The notes: generated by a model not told the origin, from the sequence alone. DNA of 64,000 nucleotides from Octopus sinensis (GCF_006345805.1 NC_043000.1:31744001-31808000), one strand, 5' to 3'; counted from the first letter of the stretch, positions 13,757-27,501 are shown. Program-made: numbers and translations.

Positions 13757-13875
13757 ACTCTTGTTGATATTGAAATTCCAATGAAAAATCCTTGGATCTA
13801 AGTTAGAAACCGGTTCTTTCCCTCTTGGCAAGAAATCTTGAAATAAAACTGCACAATGAGATGCATATATGTGCA
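13757..13875 (+). repeat. Second tandem copy of the R4 3'-terminal block (period ~409 nt with preceding AC/ATAC array)
   Basis: cttgttgat(g/a)ttgaaattcc...aaaactg(a/c)acaatgagatgcatata at 13350 and 13759. Confidence 0.9.
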
Positions 13876-13954
13876 TGTGTTTGGGTGTGCATGTATTTAT
13901 AAGTATTTGTATGGATGTACATAGATATGCATATATATGCATACATGTAAAGGT

Positions 13955-14150
<196 letters not shown>

Positions 14151-14566
14151 CAGATCACAGAATCCATTTAATATAATATTATTCCAAGCTGTAACCACAC
14201 AGCCTGTTTGTCTTACACACCCCCACCGTCACCCCACCTCCGTCTCTGTCTAACTTTTAGTTTGTGTATCTTCACAAAATGGTCGTTTTGTGTAATATAA
14301 GAAGTGACAATGAAAATGTGAATGTTTTTATTCGTCATGTTGTTTCAACGGCGAACCAATCACACTGCTTGCCTTTAAACGTACGCAATATTATTTCACA
14401 ATACTTTTGCACACCTAAAATAACGAACTGCAGGGCATGTTGTCATTGTTGTTGTTGTTGCTGCTGTTGTTTCTCCATTTTTTTCACTTTATTACACCAT
14501 TTATTATTTACTGGATTCACTTTCTACAATCTGTGCTTTGTTTAAGTGCATGTACATACGTACGTG

Positions 14567-14622
<56 letters not shown>

Positions 14623-14799
14623 ATGTATGTGTGTGTCTGTTGGTATGTATGTGTGCATGATATATGTAAACATGCAGAGATACATGCATATCTGCATCCA
14701 GGCATGTATGTATGTAAGTGCACACGTACGTGCGTACGTACGTGTGTGTGTGTGTGTGTATGTGTACGTAAGAAGATTAAGAAGGTGTATGTATGTGGG

Positions 14800-15012
14800 T
14801 AAGTGTGCCATTGTTCAGTTTTGTTTAAAGATCTCTTGCCGATAGAGAAAAACCGGTTTCTAACCAAGATTAAAGGCTCTTTCATAGGAATTTCAACAAC
14901 AGGGTATGTATGTATGTATGTATGTATTATGTATGTATGTATGTATGCATGTATGTATCCATACATATATATGTATGTATGTATTATGTATGTATGTATG
15001 TATGTACGTATG

Positions 15013-15043
<31 letters not shown>

Positions 15044-15072
15044 GTATGTATGTATGTATGCATGTATGTATG

Positions 15073-15103
<31 letters not shown>

Positions 15104-16360
15104 GTAAGTAAGTATGTATTTATGTATGTATGTATAAGTGCAGATTTGTATATTTTATGTATGTATTCTCATGCATATAGTTACATATCTAGACATGCTC
15201 ATATATATTTAAATATTAAAATTCTGGAACGTTTTACAGATTTTTACAGTTCTAGTGATAAACTGGATCTGTAGTCTTCGAATTAGCTTTCTCCTTTCTT
15301 GTTTTGAGAAGCCTAATTTCTCAAGATTGGTATTTAGGCAGATACATATCCCAGGGCCCCAATAATTACAGGTATAAACCTGAACTTGTAACCTGGATAG
15401 AGTAACTGCAGTATTTCAGCCTGTAATCGTTCTCTTTTTCACTGATCTTCAACTTTATGTTAACATCCGCTGAACAGCTAATTTCCACAACTATGCACAG
15501 TTTCTCTTCTCTACCCCAAATCATTATGGGGTTTGTTGTGCTTATATTTTATTGAGGTCTTCACTGGGACATTCCACCAGTATTCCTTTTTATTATGAGT
15601 GGCTATGGCTTCTACCATATTATGGGTTCTTATTTATTCGCCCTTGGGATTATCCTTCCGACCGATTTAATTCTAGAGTGTCCTAGCTACAACGTCATGT
15701 CTCATCGGTAGATAATACCTTGATGGCATTTTTGGACAACAGCTTATGATGTGGGTGTTATCTTTGGTGTTAACTCCACAAAGACCGCATCGGTTGTCTC
15801 ATTTTTACGGTTTTTCCTGCATCTCTGTCGCTTTTGTGCATCAGGTACTTGGTTGATATTTCCTGTTCCTGGATTGCAAACCCATACCCTTCAAAGTGGG
15901 AGGTAGTAATCCGGCTATTGGTTCATGATAGACTGCTTTGATGATCAATGTTACGCTCATCTCCGAGCTTTCTACTAACATATCCAAGAATCGTCTTCTG
16001 CTCATATCTGCTCATCCTTTCATCTGATGATACATTGCGGCAGAACCGTACGACTTCTTGGGGCATGTATTCTAAGTTATAAGACACAGAGTGTTGCTCA
16101 ATAAGCTTCCTTCCAAGTTTTATGATGTTATCAGCCTCTTGTATGCAAACTTGCTCAAGGGATGCACTTCGATACTTGGTGTTTAAAAGATGTTGCCGAA
16201 GGGATATGATACGACATTCAAAGGCATTTTGGATTGGTTTTAATCTCCTGTCGCTTTGTTTTCGTTTTAGGTAGGGGCGGTCTATGTCATTGTTTATGTG
16301 GAAATTATTTGTGCTTGTTATTGTCATCCAGGTTTTCACTTCAATGGTTGGGATCACATC
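14800..16360 (-). mobile_element. R4-like ACAT-tailed family, copy 2 (inverted relative to copy 1)
   Basis: Reverse complement aligns to ~11930-13460; RPYLKRKQSDRRL, CRIISLRQHLLNTK, EYMPQEVVRF; terminal block at 14800-14903. Confidence 0.9.
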
Positions 16361-17428
16361 AATCGTCCAATCAAATAGTCCAAATGTTAGTAAGAGTAGA
16401 GAGAAAGAACTAGCAGGAGTGAGTAGAGAACAACTTAAAATTTCGTAGTAGAAAGTAAATTCGTGGAATTGATAAAAAGTTTGAAACTAGAAATATGGAA
16501 ATCGTCAGAAATATGCGATGGGTCTAAAGGGTTGAAGCAGGGAGCAGATGCTAACTCTATGAAGAAATAAAATTATATATTTATATACATGCTCACATAA
16601 CATATCAATATTATATATGTGTATATATCTGATCAATAAGTATCCGGATTATTGCTATTGTAACGAAGCTAAACCACACAGAGTAAAGCCGCTTGGCACA
16701 GATGACCTTGAATCCTGCCGGGCATGCGCACTAAGTTTTAACGTTCTAAATGTGTGGCTTGACGAATTTCAACGTCTGGCTACGAGTTTAAAGATTATCT
16801 GTGCGAATGTGTTTCCGAACATCAAGAAAATGCTGGTGAAAGCTGTTATCTCAATGACATCCGGTTTTACCACTTTTTAGGGAATCGTAAAATTTACATT
16901 TAATACAAGGTATGAGGTTGGGAGAGGTAGAGTCAAAGGGACCATTGTATTAAAATTGAGATTTGGGCTAAATTTTATGCTGGTGTTTAAGAGAAAAACA
17001 GAATTGGAAGTAGAACAGAGCATAGCTTTAAAAGATGCTGAGGGTGTATATAAGAGGATGGAAGGGAGCTTTTAACTGAGAGCAAACGGGGGGTTTCGTC
17101 TTTTTTGAAAGGGAGCCAGGAAGGAAAGAAGTAAAGAGACGGAGCAAAGAAAAGATGCATTTCAAAATATAGGCTCATAATAGTAAATCATGTGAAATAA
17201 CTCGCGCCATTATAGTTTTATCGTTTTCACTCAGAGGTTGTGGTCATACTGGAGCCATTGGCGCTAATACTTGTTTATTTTAGATTTCCTGCTCCTGTCG
17301 CGGGAATCGGTCCTGGTGAAATAGTAAACTGGACGGGGCTGCCTCTCTTTGCGTTTCTTGCCTCGATGTGGATTCATCTGGTACAGCACATAAAATTTGT
17401 TTGATTGTTCTTGGTACACATCCCTATC

Positions 17429-17775
17429 CCCTCCTCACCGTGGTGGGGACGCTGGCAACGGGTAGTGTCAGAGCTATGCCGTCGGGAACTTCGGTTCCTG
17501 GTAGGGCCACCCAAGGTGGATTGGTCTGACACCGAGTGGTATTAGGGCCACAACCCGGCAGACGGGGCTCTGGTGAAAATCCGCGGAGTGTCTACTTCAG
17601 CAACCGGCGGCTCCTCGGTCGTTCTGTCCCTGTGTCTGCTGATAATCTGCAGCAAACAGGATTTCTCCACATGCGGGATTGTTGGGGACCACTTGTGAAA
17701 TCCACATATTCTTCCATGAGCAGAAGAAGCAGACTCAACCCGCCCAGGGTGAATGTCGCCACAAGTAAGTAAGTA
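17429..17775 (+). mobile_element. Complete 347-bp non-autonomous bipartite RTE (BovB-like 5'UTR + RTE 3' end), 9-bp TSD ATCCCTATC
   Basis: TSD 17420-17428 / 17776-17784; 5' motif gagctatgccg..cctggtagggccacccaag; 3' peptide relic MRDCWGPLVKSTYS and (TAAG)3 tail. Confidence 0.8.
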
Positions 17776-18544
17776 ATCCCTATCTACACGTCGTAGGCCT
17801 ATCAATATATTGAAAAGTCCTATTGAATACTATTGTACAGCCAGTAGCATTTTATACTAATTCGTTACCGAGTATCAATATCCAGTTGTAACGGCTGTGC
17901 TGTAGTAGTATTTCAACTCAGTGACATCACTAATGCCCTTGAGATAAGCATGAACGTCGCTTAATCTCCATTTACTCCCAATAATAATATAAAGCATTTG
18001 TGTTTCTCACCAATCAATATTGATGAATGATGAGACTAATGTAAGCTTTATGTAATCTGGTGAGGTTTGTGTGTTTAAAGATAATTGTAGCAGAACAAAT
18101 AATTATTGCTATCACGTAACTAAGGGAGGAGGTTTATTATTCCCTATTGTATCAGGTGAACGGGATTTTTTTGTGAGAAAACATGTTTTCTTTGCGCAAT
18201 ACACAGGAATATATACATTGTCTGGTAGCTCATTATATCGAGCGTCAATATCAGCTAATGCTATCAATCTTTCTGATAGGCTTTCATCTTTGCAAGGTGA
18301 TTTAATCATCATTACGATTTGTATGTGTGCGTATATGTGTATGTGTGTGCGTGTGTGTGTGTACATACATATATATATAAAAATATAGATATAGATATAC
18401 ACATATATATATACATATACATATACATACATACATACATACATACATACATACATACATAATACATACATACTACATACATACATACATACGTAGGTAC
18501 GTATGTATGTATATATGTGTTTATGTGCGTCTATGTGTGTGTAT

Positions 18545-19415
18545 GCATATAGTTATATACATATATTATATTTTACAATCCAGGAACAGGAAATATTACC
18601 CAAATATCTGATGCACAAAAGGGACAGAGATGCAAGAAAAGCAGTAAAATGTGACAGCCCTTGCAGGTTCTGTGGAGTTAACACCGAAGATATTACCCAC
18701 ATCTTAAGCAATTGTCCGAAAATGCTATCGCGGTAATATCTACCGATGAGACCTGATGTTGTAGCTAGGACACTGTATAACTAGATCAGTCGAAAGGATA
18801 ACCCCGAGGACACAGAAATAAGAACCCACAGTATGGTGGAAGTCGTAGCCACTGATAATATAAAGGATTATTGCTGGAGTGTCCCAGTGAAAGCCTCAAT
18901 AAGATGTAAACACAATATACCTGATATAATGATTTAGGATAGAGAAGAGAAACTGTGTACAGTTGTGGAAATCAGCTGCCCAGCGAATGTTAAAGTTGAA
19001 GATCAGTGAAAAAGAGAAAAACTACGCTGGACTATAGAGAAATCTGCAGTTAAACTATCTACAATACAAGTACAGGCTTATACCTGTAATTATTGGGGCA
19101 CTGGGGTATCTGACACACTGCCTAAATACCTATCTTGAGAAATTAAGCCTATCGAAACTAGAAAGTGAAAGCTGATTCGAAGACTACAGACCCATGCTAT
19201 CACTGAAACTGTAAAAATCCGTATGTCTGGATATGCAACTATATGCATAAGAAGACATACGTAAAACAAAACACACCAATCTGCATATATACATACATAC
19301 AATAAAAAATACCCAGTTGTTGATGTTGAAATTCCAATGAAGGAGCCTTGGATCTAGATTAAAAACCGGTTCTTTCTCTATGGCAAGAAATCTTGAAATA
19401 AACTGAATAAGGACA
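18545..19415 (+). mobile_element. R4-like ACAT-tailed family, copy 3 (3' fragment)
   Basis: IQEQEILPKYLMHKRDRD, CRFCGVNTEDITHILSNC (CCHC), terminal block followed by pure (ACAT)n from 19413. Confidence 0.88.
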
Positions 19416-19769
19416 TACATACATACATACATACATACATACATACATACATACATACATACATACATACATACATACATACATACGTACGTACGTACGT
19501 ACGCACATACACACCTACATATATACATTAGTTATTTACGATCGTTTTACGAGAGTTCAAAATGCTCGTTAACAAAGCGACAAGACGTTTCGAGATGAGA
19601 CAGTTGCTGATGTTTGTAAATATGTGGTTGTGTTATTGCGTTGGTTAAATGATCGTTGCATCCGCCCAGATTTGTGCATCTATTTATTCACCTAAAGAAT
19701 CCCAGATTCTCCAAATAAAATAGATTTGATTTGGAGAATCCGCGTCGACTTCTTTTGCTCTTTCTTCGA

Positions 19770-19930
19770 AAAATCTAGCATTTCTAGGTTTTTATGTTAA
19801 TTTGTAGATATATAGCCTAATAATGCACCTACGATAATATGTACAAATGAGAGCTTATATTGGGGTACAAGAGATGTAATTTCCGTTAATTCACTATAAA
19901 TGTTCTTTTTCTTGCACGATTGATGGTAGA
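19770..19930 (-). mobile_element. Older R4-like C-terminal relic
   Basis: YSELTEITSLVPQYKLSFVHIIVGALLG resembles the C-terminus of copies 1-3. Confidence 0.5.
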
Positions 19931-20864
19931 TACGCACATCCCTTGTGAATGTATGTATGTATGTATGTATGTATGTATGTATGTATGTATGTATGTATCT
20001 GCATGTATGTATGCGCCTGCATGTGTGTGTGTATCTGTGTGTACATATGTATATATTCAAGGTATAGTTAGAATATACTGAGCAAGCCACATCAGGTAGT
20101 AGAATTAGAAAAAGTCGAGCTTATATACCATGTATGCAGCATCTATTATACTTAGAGACCCCCTGTTAAGTTATTGAGATAGAGTGGCAGAGTGAGTTTT
20201 ATCTCCCGATAACTCAATGTTCTCTCTGTTCTTTCTATGCTTATGTTCACGCTTAGTAAAATAATTTATGCAATACAATCTTTCGATAACATTTTTCACA
20301 TTCTACTTTCGTACCTGTTTGTGACATTTGCCATTAAGCGTACAAGAGGTGAGGTTACTGCTATTCAAATCTGGTGAACGAGTATGTGTGTTCCTGTATC
20401 TATTATTTTCTTTATAGTGGGATATTACGGTTGTGATGTTTCTATGCAATTATAGCTAACTTTTATGTTTTCTTACTTATGGGATTATAGTATAATAAAA
20501 GTACTTTTTATCATTGACAGGAAGTTTCCAGCTATATTAGAAACAACATAGCAAAATATACAACTTCCTTACTTCTCGTGCACTGTATAGCTTGTTCTAT
20601 ACACTAAATTTATTTATATGTGTATGTGTGTGTATACACACACATGTATTATGTATATATATATATATATATACACATACACACACGCAAGCATATTATG
20701 TATGTATGCATGTGTGTACGTACGTATGCATGTATATATGTATATGATAGATTATTGTCATAATCTCTCTTTACGAGATTGTTTTAAACATTGACATCAG
20801 TCGAGAAACAATAAAATGAATAACACTGCAGAAACTCTGCATTCCACTATAACTGAATTATATA

Positions 20865-21284
20865 TTTACTCTTTTACTTGTTTCAGTCATTTGACTGCGG
20901 CCATGCTGGAGCACCGCCTTTAGTCGAGCAAAATCGACCCCCAGGACTTATTCATTGTAAGCCTAGTACTTATTCTATCGGTCTGTTTTGCCGAACCACT
21001 AAGTTACGGGGACGTAAACGCACCAGCATCGTTTGTCAAGCGATGTTGGGGGGGGGGACAAACACAGACACACAAACATATACACACATACATACATATA
21101 TATATGTATATACATATATATGACGGGCTTTTTTCAGTTTCCGCCTACCAAATCCACTCACAAGGCTTCGGTCGGCCCGAGGTTATAGTTGAAGACACTT
21201 GCCCAAGGTGCCACGCAGTGGGACTGAACCCGGAACCATGTGGTTGGTAAGCAAGCTACTTACCACTCAGCCACTCCTATGCTT
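20865..21284 (-). mobile_element. SINE family A (tRNA head + CORE-like domain + internal microsatellite + tail), full length
   Basis: Head ggagtggctg..ggttcagtccc, CORE-like caccttgggcaag, tail aaatgactgaaacaagtaaaagag; more than 10 copies in the window. Confidence 0.9.
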
Positions 21285-21343
21285 ATGTATACATACATAC
21301 ACACACACACACACATATATATACATACATACATACATACATA

Positions 21344-21470
21344 CTAGCAATGCATCCCGGCGTTGCCTAGGTGCTATGACAATCATTCACATTGTAATTT
21401 TTGTTCCTTTCTTATGGACAGAATTAGCACACGAGTATAAAGCAAACAACTTTTCTTTATAAACATGATT
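21344..21470 (-). mobile_element. Helitron 3' terminus
   Basis: Minus strand CCTAGGCAACGCCGGG-ATGCATTG-CTAG|T; same terminus family as 33232-33259. Confidence 0.7.
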
Positions 21471-21489
21471 TCTGGTCATTTTCTGATGA

Positions 21490-21640
21490 ACAACGCTGAA
21501 GTTTCCGTCTACGAAATTCAGTCACAAGTCTGTGGTTGGCCTATGGCTATAGTGGAAAACACTTGCCCAAGGTACCATGTAGAGGGACTGAACGTGGAAC
21601 CATGTGGTTGTGAAGCAAACCTCTCAACTCCACAGTCATT
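21490..21640 (-). mobile_element. SINE family A head, diverged
   Basis: Homology to the family A 5' half. Confidence 0.75.
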
Positions 21641-22124
21641 TTTGCACCTAATATATGCGTGCGCATGCGGGCGCGCATGTGTTTACATTTATTGCTTAAT
21701 TGAGTATTGTCTCCCATTATGTCTCAAAGTTCATCAAGCAGAGATCTATTAAATAAATGACAAAATTGAAATACGTACTGAGGTCAGTATGAGCAATTAA
21801 ATTTTTGAAGGTGAAACCCCATCATGGCGACATTCGAAAGACTAAACCCAGTAAAATAATGTTTAAAGACTTAATGGCTTCAAATTTAAGGCAATGGATT
21901 ACTAACCTCAAGATAATGAGTTCAAAACTTCGTATTGAACCACCGCTCTGTACGGTAACAGTATATGTACATCTCAGGCTACTTGACTTCCAACAACTAA
22001 CAATTGTAATTTGAAGTTGAATGGTTAGCAGTAAGAAAGATGCCCGGATTTCTTTAAAAAAATTATTGTGCAAAATATCCTGAGGAAAAGTATTTTTTCA
22101 CCAGAACAAAACACACACACACAC

Positions 22125-22194
<70 letters not shown>

Positions 22195-23544
22195 ACACAC
22201 TCACACACACACACACATTCAGGTGACTTTGTAGTAACTTGAGCGACTACAAATAGCAGCTAAATCTCTCTTAAAATACATCCTTTCATCAAAAGAAATA
22301 CACAGATTTACGTTATTTCAGGAAAAAGGAAAAAAGTATTCGATGCGTCTTTTACATCAGAGGCAACTCTCGGTTAGACAAGACATCAAGACATAGACAA
22401 ACATACTTTATATTAAAAGATTATCTAGTAAATAATACTAATAAAGTTGACGGCATATCTTCGAAATTTCATTCCCTGGTAAAACTCCATATAGAGTGTT
22501 CAGGCAGAGTTGCCTCCCTTATCTAAAGACTAAAAATTGTGCGACCCGACCTCCTTTCGATGTAATTTTTGTAGTAAAAAAGATTTGCTGTGCAAAAAAT
22601 ATACTTTATTTGATAACCGAAAGATTACTGAATATTTCTTAGTGGTAAGACCATAGCGGATCTATTTCTAGCATAAGGGTGTCCACATAGTGGTTTCTTT
22701 CTAATATGTATATAATACAATTTTACTGAACCTTCTGTTTTTTTATATGCTAGACCACTGGTGTGAAATCGATGTTAATTAAATTAATATCTAATTTTCC
22801 CACCCTCATTTTAAATTTATACATATATATATACGTTAGTTAACTTTTCGCTGTGTCCAAAATATTTTACACTCCTTTGTCGAATATTTTACCGTGTGTG
22901 TGTGTGTGTGCGAGCCAGTGAATATTTTGAAACCTAGTAATAATTTGCGGGATTTTCTATTTATCCACCTCAAATACACAGTTATTGATTACGCTTCTTT
23001 TGAATTCAGTTTCTCTTAGTTGGGAATTACTTTGTCTCTCAGAATGGCAGGGCGTTTCCAAAGTAAAATTCCCCATTCCACTGCATCAAGATCTAGAGGA
23101 TCAATAAGCTTAGTTCGATCTGTAGCAGTAACATCGATATGAATACAGTTGAGATCATCCTTTGTAGTTCATTCTCAAGAAATGTATGTGCACTTTTAGA
23201 AGACATAGACTCGGGTGTTTTTATATTTTTGTAATCAATCTTTTGGCAAATGAATGATAGAGATTTATTGAGAGCCTCTGAAAGGATTTGAGAGAAACTG
23301 GATTTTCTAGCAACACAAAATATTTCTCATATAATTTGAGGATCGCAAAAAGTTTTTGTAAATATATATAAATATAAAAATATAAATATTCTGTTGCTAA
23401 TGATTTTTGTGCGCATTAATACGGATGCTTTCACACAAATGTGATGATTTTCTTTGTATGAAATCGTTTCATCATATTTAGAAATTCCTCACAACACTGC
23501 AAGTACACTTACACTGGTGCTATACTCCTAGAATACTTTAAATA

Positions 23545-23950
23545 CTCTTTTACTCTTTTACTTGTTTCAGTCATTTGACTGTGGCCATGCTGGAGCACCG
23601 CCTTTAGTCGACCAAATCGACTCCAGGACTTATTCTTTGTAAGCCTAGTACTTATTCTATCGGTCTGTTTTGCCGAACCGCTAAGTTACGGGACGTAAAC
23701 TCACCAGCATCGGTTGTCAAGCGATGTTGGGAAGACAAACACAGACACACAAACACACACACATATATATATACATATACATATATGACAGGCTTCTTTC
23801 AGTTTCCGTCTACCAAACGCACTCACAAGGCTTCGGTCGGCCCGAGGCTATAGTAGAAGACACTTGCCCAAAGTGCCATGCAGTGGGACTGTACCCGAGA
23901 CTATGTGGTTGGTAAGCAAGCTACTTACCACACAACCACTCCTACGCCTA
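23545..23950 (-). mobile_element. SINE family A, full length
   Basis: Homology to other copies. Confidence 0.9.
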
Positions 23951-25237
23951 TGTTTAATAGTTTAATTTATGAAGGCTCTTAACATTTCTTGTCCTTCATC
24001 TTGGAATTTATCAGTTTCGTTTCGTGTTTCTTTCTTCAAATTCTCACATTACTTCCAATCTTGCAACAACTTCGATTTCTTCCAAGACGGTTGCGAATTT
24101 GAAATGAAATTTATTCAGTTTTTGTTGTTGTTGCTGTTGTTGTTGTCATTATCGTCGTTGTCGTCGATGCCGTTGTTGTTCAATGTATTATAGTCTTTGA
24201 TATTCTTATTATTTATCTTTTTTTTTGCTGTTGTTATTTAACGAAACCCCACCCACCCCACTGTTAGTAAAGCCAAGGACGTTTCCGCTGTGATTATTCC
24301 ATCTTTTAAGGTATAATATATCTAAGGCCTCCTTCGCTATTTATCACAATACGATATGATTTGATTGCTATTTAGCTATTATGTTTATTATACTTCATTG
24401 AGGTTAACGCTTGTCATAATGAAAGCAAGAGTGTTGATTGAGACAGGGCGTCCTTTTGGGTGGAAGTTGTAGATTTATTCCAGTCGAAAGTGTTGTTTTT
24501 ATTACTGACGCAGCTTGTGTCAACTTGTGTTGATGCAAGATTAGATTTTCTCATGTTAAAATGATTGTATCAACAAACACTGGACACTGCTTGGTTGAAG
24601 GCTGGACACGGAATCATTATACACTGGACACGCAATGATTGTAGACTGAACGCTGATTGGTTTTAGTCTGGACAGAGAATGACCGCGGACAGGGCACTGA
24701 TACATTCCATCCCGCAGTTCACCGGTACGCCATCTCCTCTCGCTGTCATCCCTACCACAGCTATATTGGCCTATGTTGCTCGGTTCTGGTTCAGTCCGAA
24801 CCATCTCCTCTTTAGCAATGCCATCCTTCTCGTCTCTCTACCTCCCATCATTTGCCTTGTTTCTATGCTCAACCCTCACCCAGGCCTCTCACCGAACACT
24901 TCCTATCTAGAATGTCCGTCTCTGGAATTACCTCACTGCTCATATTTTTCTGAAAGTTGTCAACTTGCAACCGTTTAAAGTGAAACCTCAAGAGTGTCTC
25001 CGACACCCATCCAGAAGGGCCTTCCGACCCAAGATGTAAAAAACGACGGAACACAGAACGATTGTAGCCACACATACCGACCACAGCATAATTTTCCATT
25101 AGTTTATCTCACAAATGTACCAATGATATTTCACCACAATCAATCTTATTTTTATCTCGATCTGCTAAATATTAAACACTACTAAAGAAGAAAAACATGA
25201 TTGCGTATAAACATGCATTGAAGTAGAAACATGGGCG

Positions 25238-25283
<46 letters not shown>

Positions 25284-25845
25284 ATAATATATATATATAT
25301 ATGTATGTATATATGCATATGTACATGTGTGTGTGTAGGTGTATTCTGGGTGCATGGGAAAGTCAGAGAGAAAAGAAGAGATGCATACGTGCAAATGTTC
25401 AAATATATAAATAAATTTTAACAAAATCAGCCTTAAGTTAGTTACTGGAAACTAAAAGACATTAAAAAAAACTCTATTAAGGTTGTGCTGTAAACTAAAT
25501 GTTTGTCTATTGGGTTTTCACAACTTGACTTTCATTGCGTTGCATTAGGTTTTCTGAATAGATTCTTAGCTCTATTTAGCACCGTTTTACTGGCAAATAG
25601 GCGCCAGATTCTTCGAGACTCTTCTCTGCGAAAGATTGCTGTCTTCTGTAGAAAAGAGTTGTTTCTCTTCCCCTTAATTCAGATCGGAACCCAAGCATAT
25701 GACTATGGTCTTTTGCATTACTTAAATAAGATAAAGGATGGCAGCAAGTAGTTTAATGTGCCTGTATGTGAGTTGAGTGCGTGTGTAAGTGTGAGTGAAT
25801 CTGTGTAAGGGAGACATATTGTTCACTTTACATAATATATATATA

Positions 25846-25900
<55 letters not shown>

Positions 25901-25905
<5 letters not shown>

Positions 25906-26085
25906 GCAGGAGTGGCTGTGTGGTAAGTAGCTTGTTTACTAACCACATGGTTCCGGGTTCAGTCCCACTACGTGGCACCTTGGGCAAGTGTCTTCTACTA
26001 TAGCCCCGGGCCGTCCAAAGACTTGTGAGTGGATTTGGTAGACGGAAACTGAAAGAAGCCCGTCGTATATATGTATATATATATA
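25901..26085 (+). mobile_element. SINE family A 5' half; its 3' half lies inverted at 26400-26636
   Basis: gacgcaggagtggctgtgtgg...gaagcccgtcgtatatatg. Confidence 0.88.
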
Positions 26086-26736
26086 CAGAAATTCTTAGGA
26101 GGAGATACAACGCGTCTGAGATTAGAGACAGATGGGGAGTGATTTAATGCCAATGAGACGATACATTGTTGAACATTTTGACACAAAAAACATTAAAATT
26201 GGCACAAACACAAACACAAAAACATACACGCATAGATATATACCTATACATATATACGACGGGTTTCTTTCAGTTTCCGTCTACCAAATCCACTCACAAG
26301 GATTTGGTCGGCCCAAGACTATAGTAGAAGAAACTTACCCAAGTTGCCACGCAGTGGGACTGAACCTGGAACCATGTGGTTGGGTATATATATATATATA
26401 CTCTTTACTCTTTTACTTGTTTCAGTCATTTGACTGCGGCCATGTTGGAGCACCGCCTTTAATCGAGCAACTCGACCCCGGGACTTATTCTTTTGTAAGC
26501 CCAGTACTTATTCTATTGGTCTCTTTTGCCGAACCGTTAAGTGACGGGGACATAAACACACCAGCATCGGTTGTCAAGCAATGCTAGGGGGACAAACACA
26601 GACACACAAACACACACACGCATATATATATATATATGTGTCAAAATGTTCAACAATGTATCGTCTCATTGGCATTAAATCACTCCCCATCTATCTCTAA
26701 TCTCAGACGCGTTGTATCTCCTCCTAAGAATTTCTG
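26086..26736. repeat. Inverted segment bounded by a 100-bp inverted duplication (26086-26185 / 26637-26736)
   Basis: Arms are reverse complements with 1 mismatch; interior holds a minus-strand SINE A head (26205-26385) and tail (26400-26636). Confidence 0.92.
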
Positions 26737-27460
26737 AAGCTACTACAATGGCCTCTGCACCTCAGAATTGACTAGTCACATGCCAATACCTGTCGAACGC
26801 ATGTTGCTTCCTGTCGAACACTTCTGACTTATACGTTTCTCTTTCTTTTCCTCCTTCTCCTTTTCACTCCATCTTTATCTTAGAACATGCAGCGGACAAA
26901 ATATAGATGAAGAGAAGAGAAAAGATTGTCCCTACTAAGCTATGCATGTGTTCACGCGCATCGATTTTGAAACCTGTGCACGAAGATAATTAATGTGAGC
27001 ACAAAATAGTAGTAGCCTAAAATAAAGTATTAATTACTAATTATAATTCCTGAAAATAATCTTTTAATGAACAGTTTCGATCAATTAGTTAGTTTCACAA
27101 ACGACGTTTGAACTCTCTACTTTACATCATCTCACCTCTTCCTGTTCCGGTTTATATAAAGGCAGCCATGTTTGGTGGACGATGTTCGGAAAGTTTACGA
27201 AGATATTTCTTCCGAGTGTTTAATTAGAAAAAACATATCGATTGATTATATCGGATTCCAATGAAGTAAATGGCAAGAAGTGCAAAAGAATCTGTAATTT
27301 TCTTTAAAGGTAAATAACTTAAGATCGTAGAAACTGCACCGAAAACTCATAAGGCTATGAATGTTTAGCTACGAGAAAGATGTGGTGTATGTGTACGTTA
27401 AATACATACATGCATATATATATGTTTATGTGTATGTATGTATACGTATATATGTATGAG

Positions 27461-27501
<41 letters not shown>

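Noticed and set aside
19705-19740. 12-bp perfect inverted repeat GATTCTCCAAAT / ATTTGGAGAATC
   Set aside because: Too short for a pre-miRNA; no TSD or second copy
24560-25150. Possible LTR-like block with repeated CTGGACAC
   Set aside because: No second LTR, PBS, PPT or TSD seen
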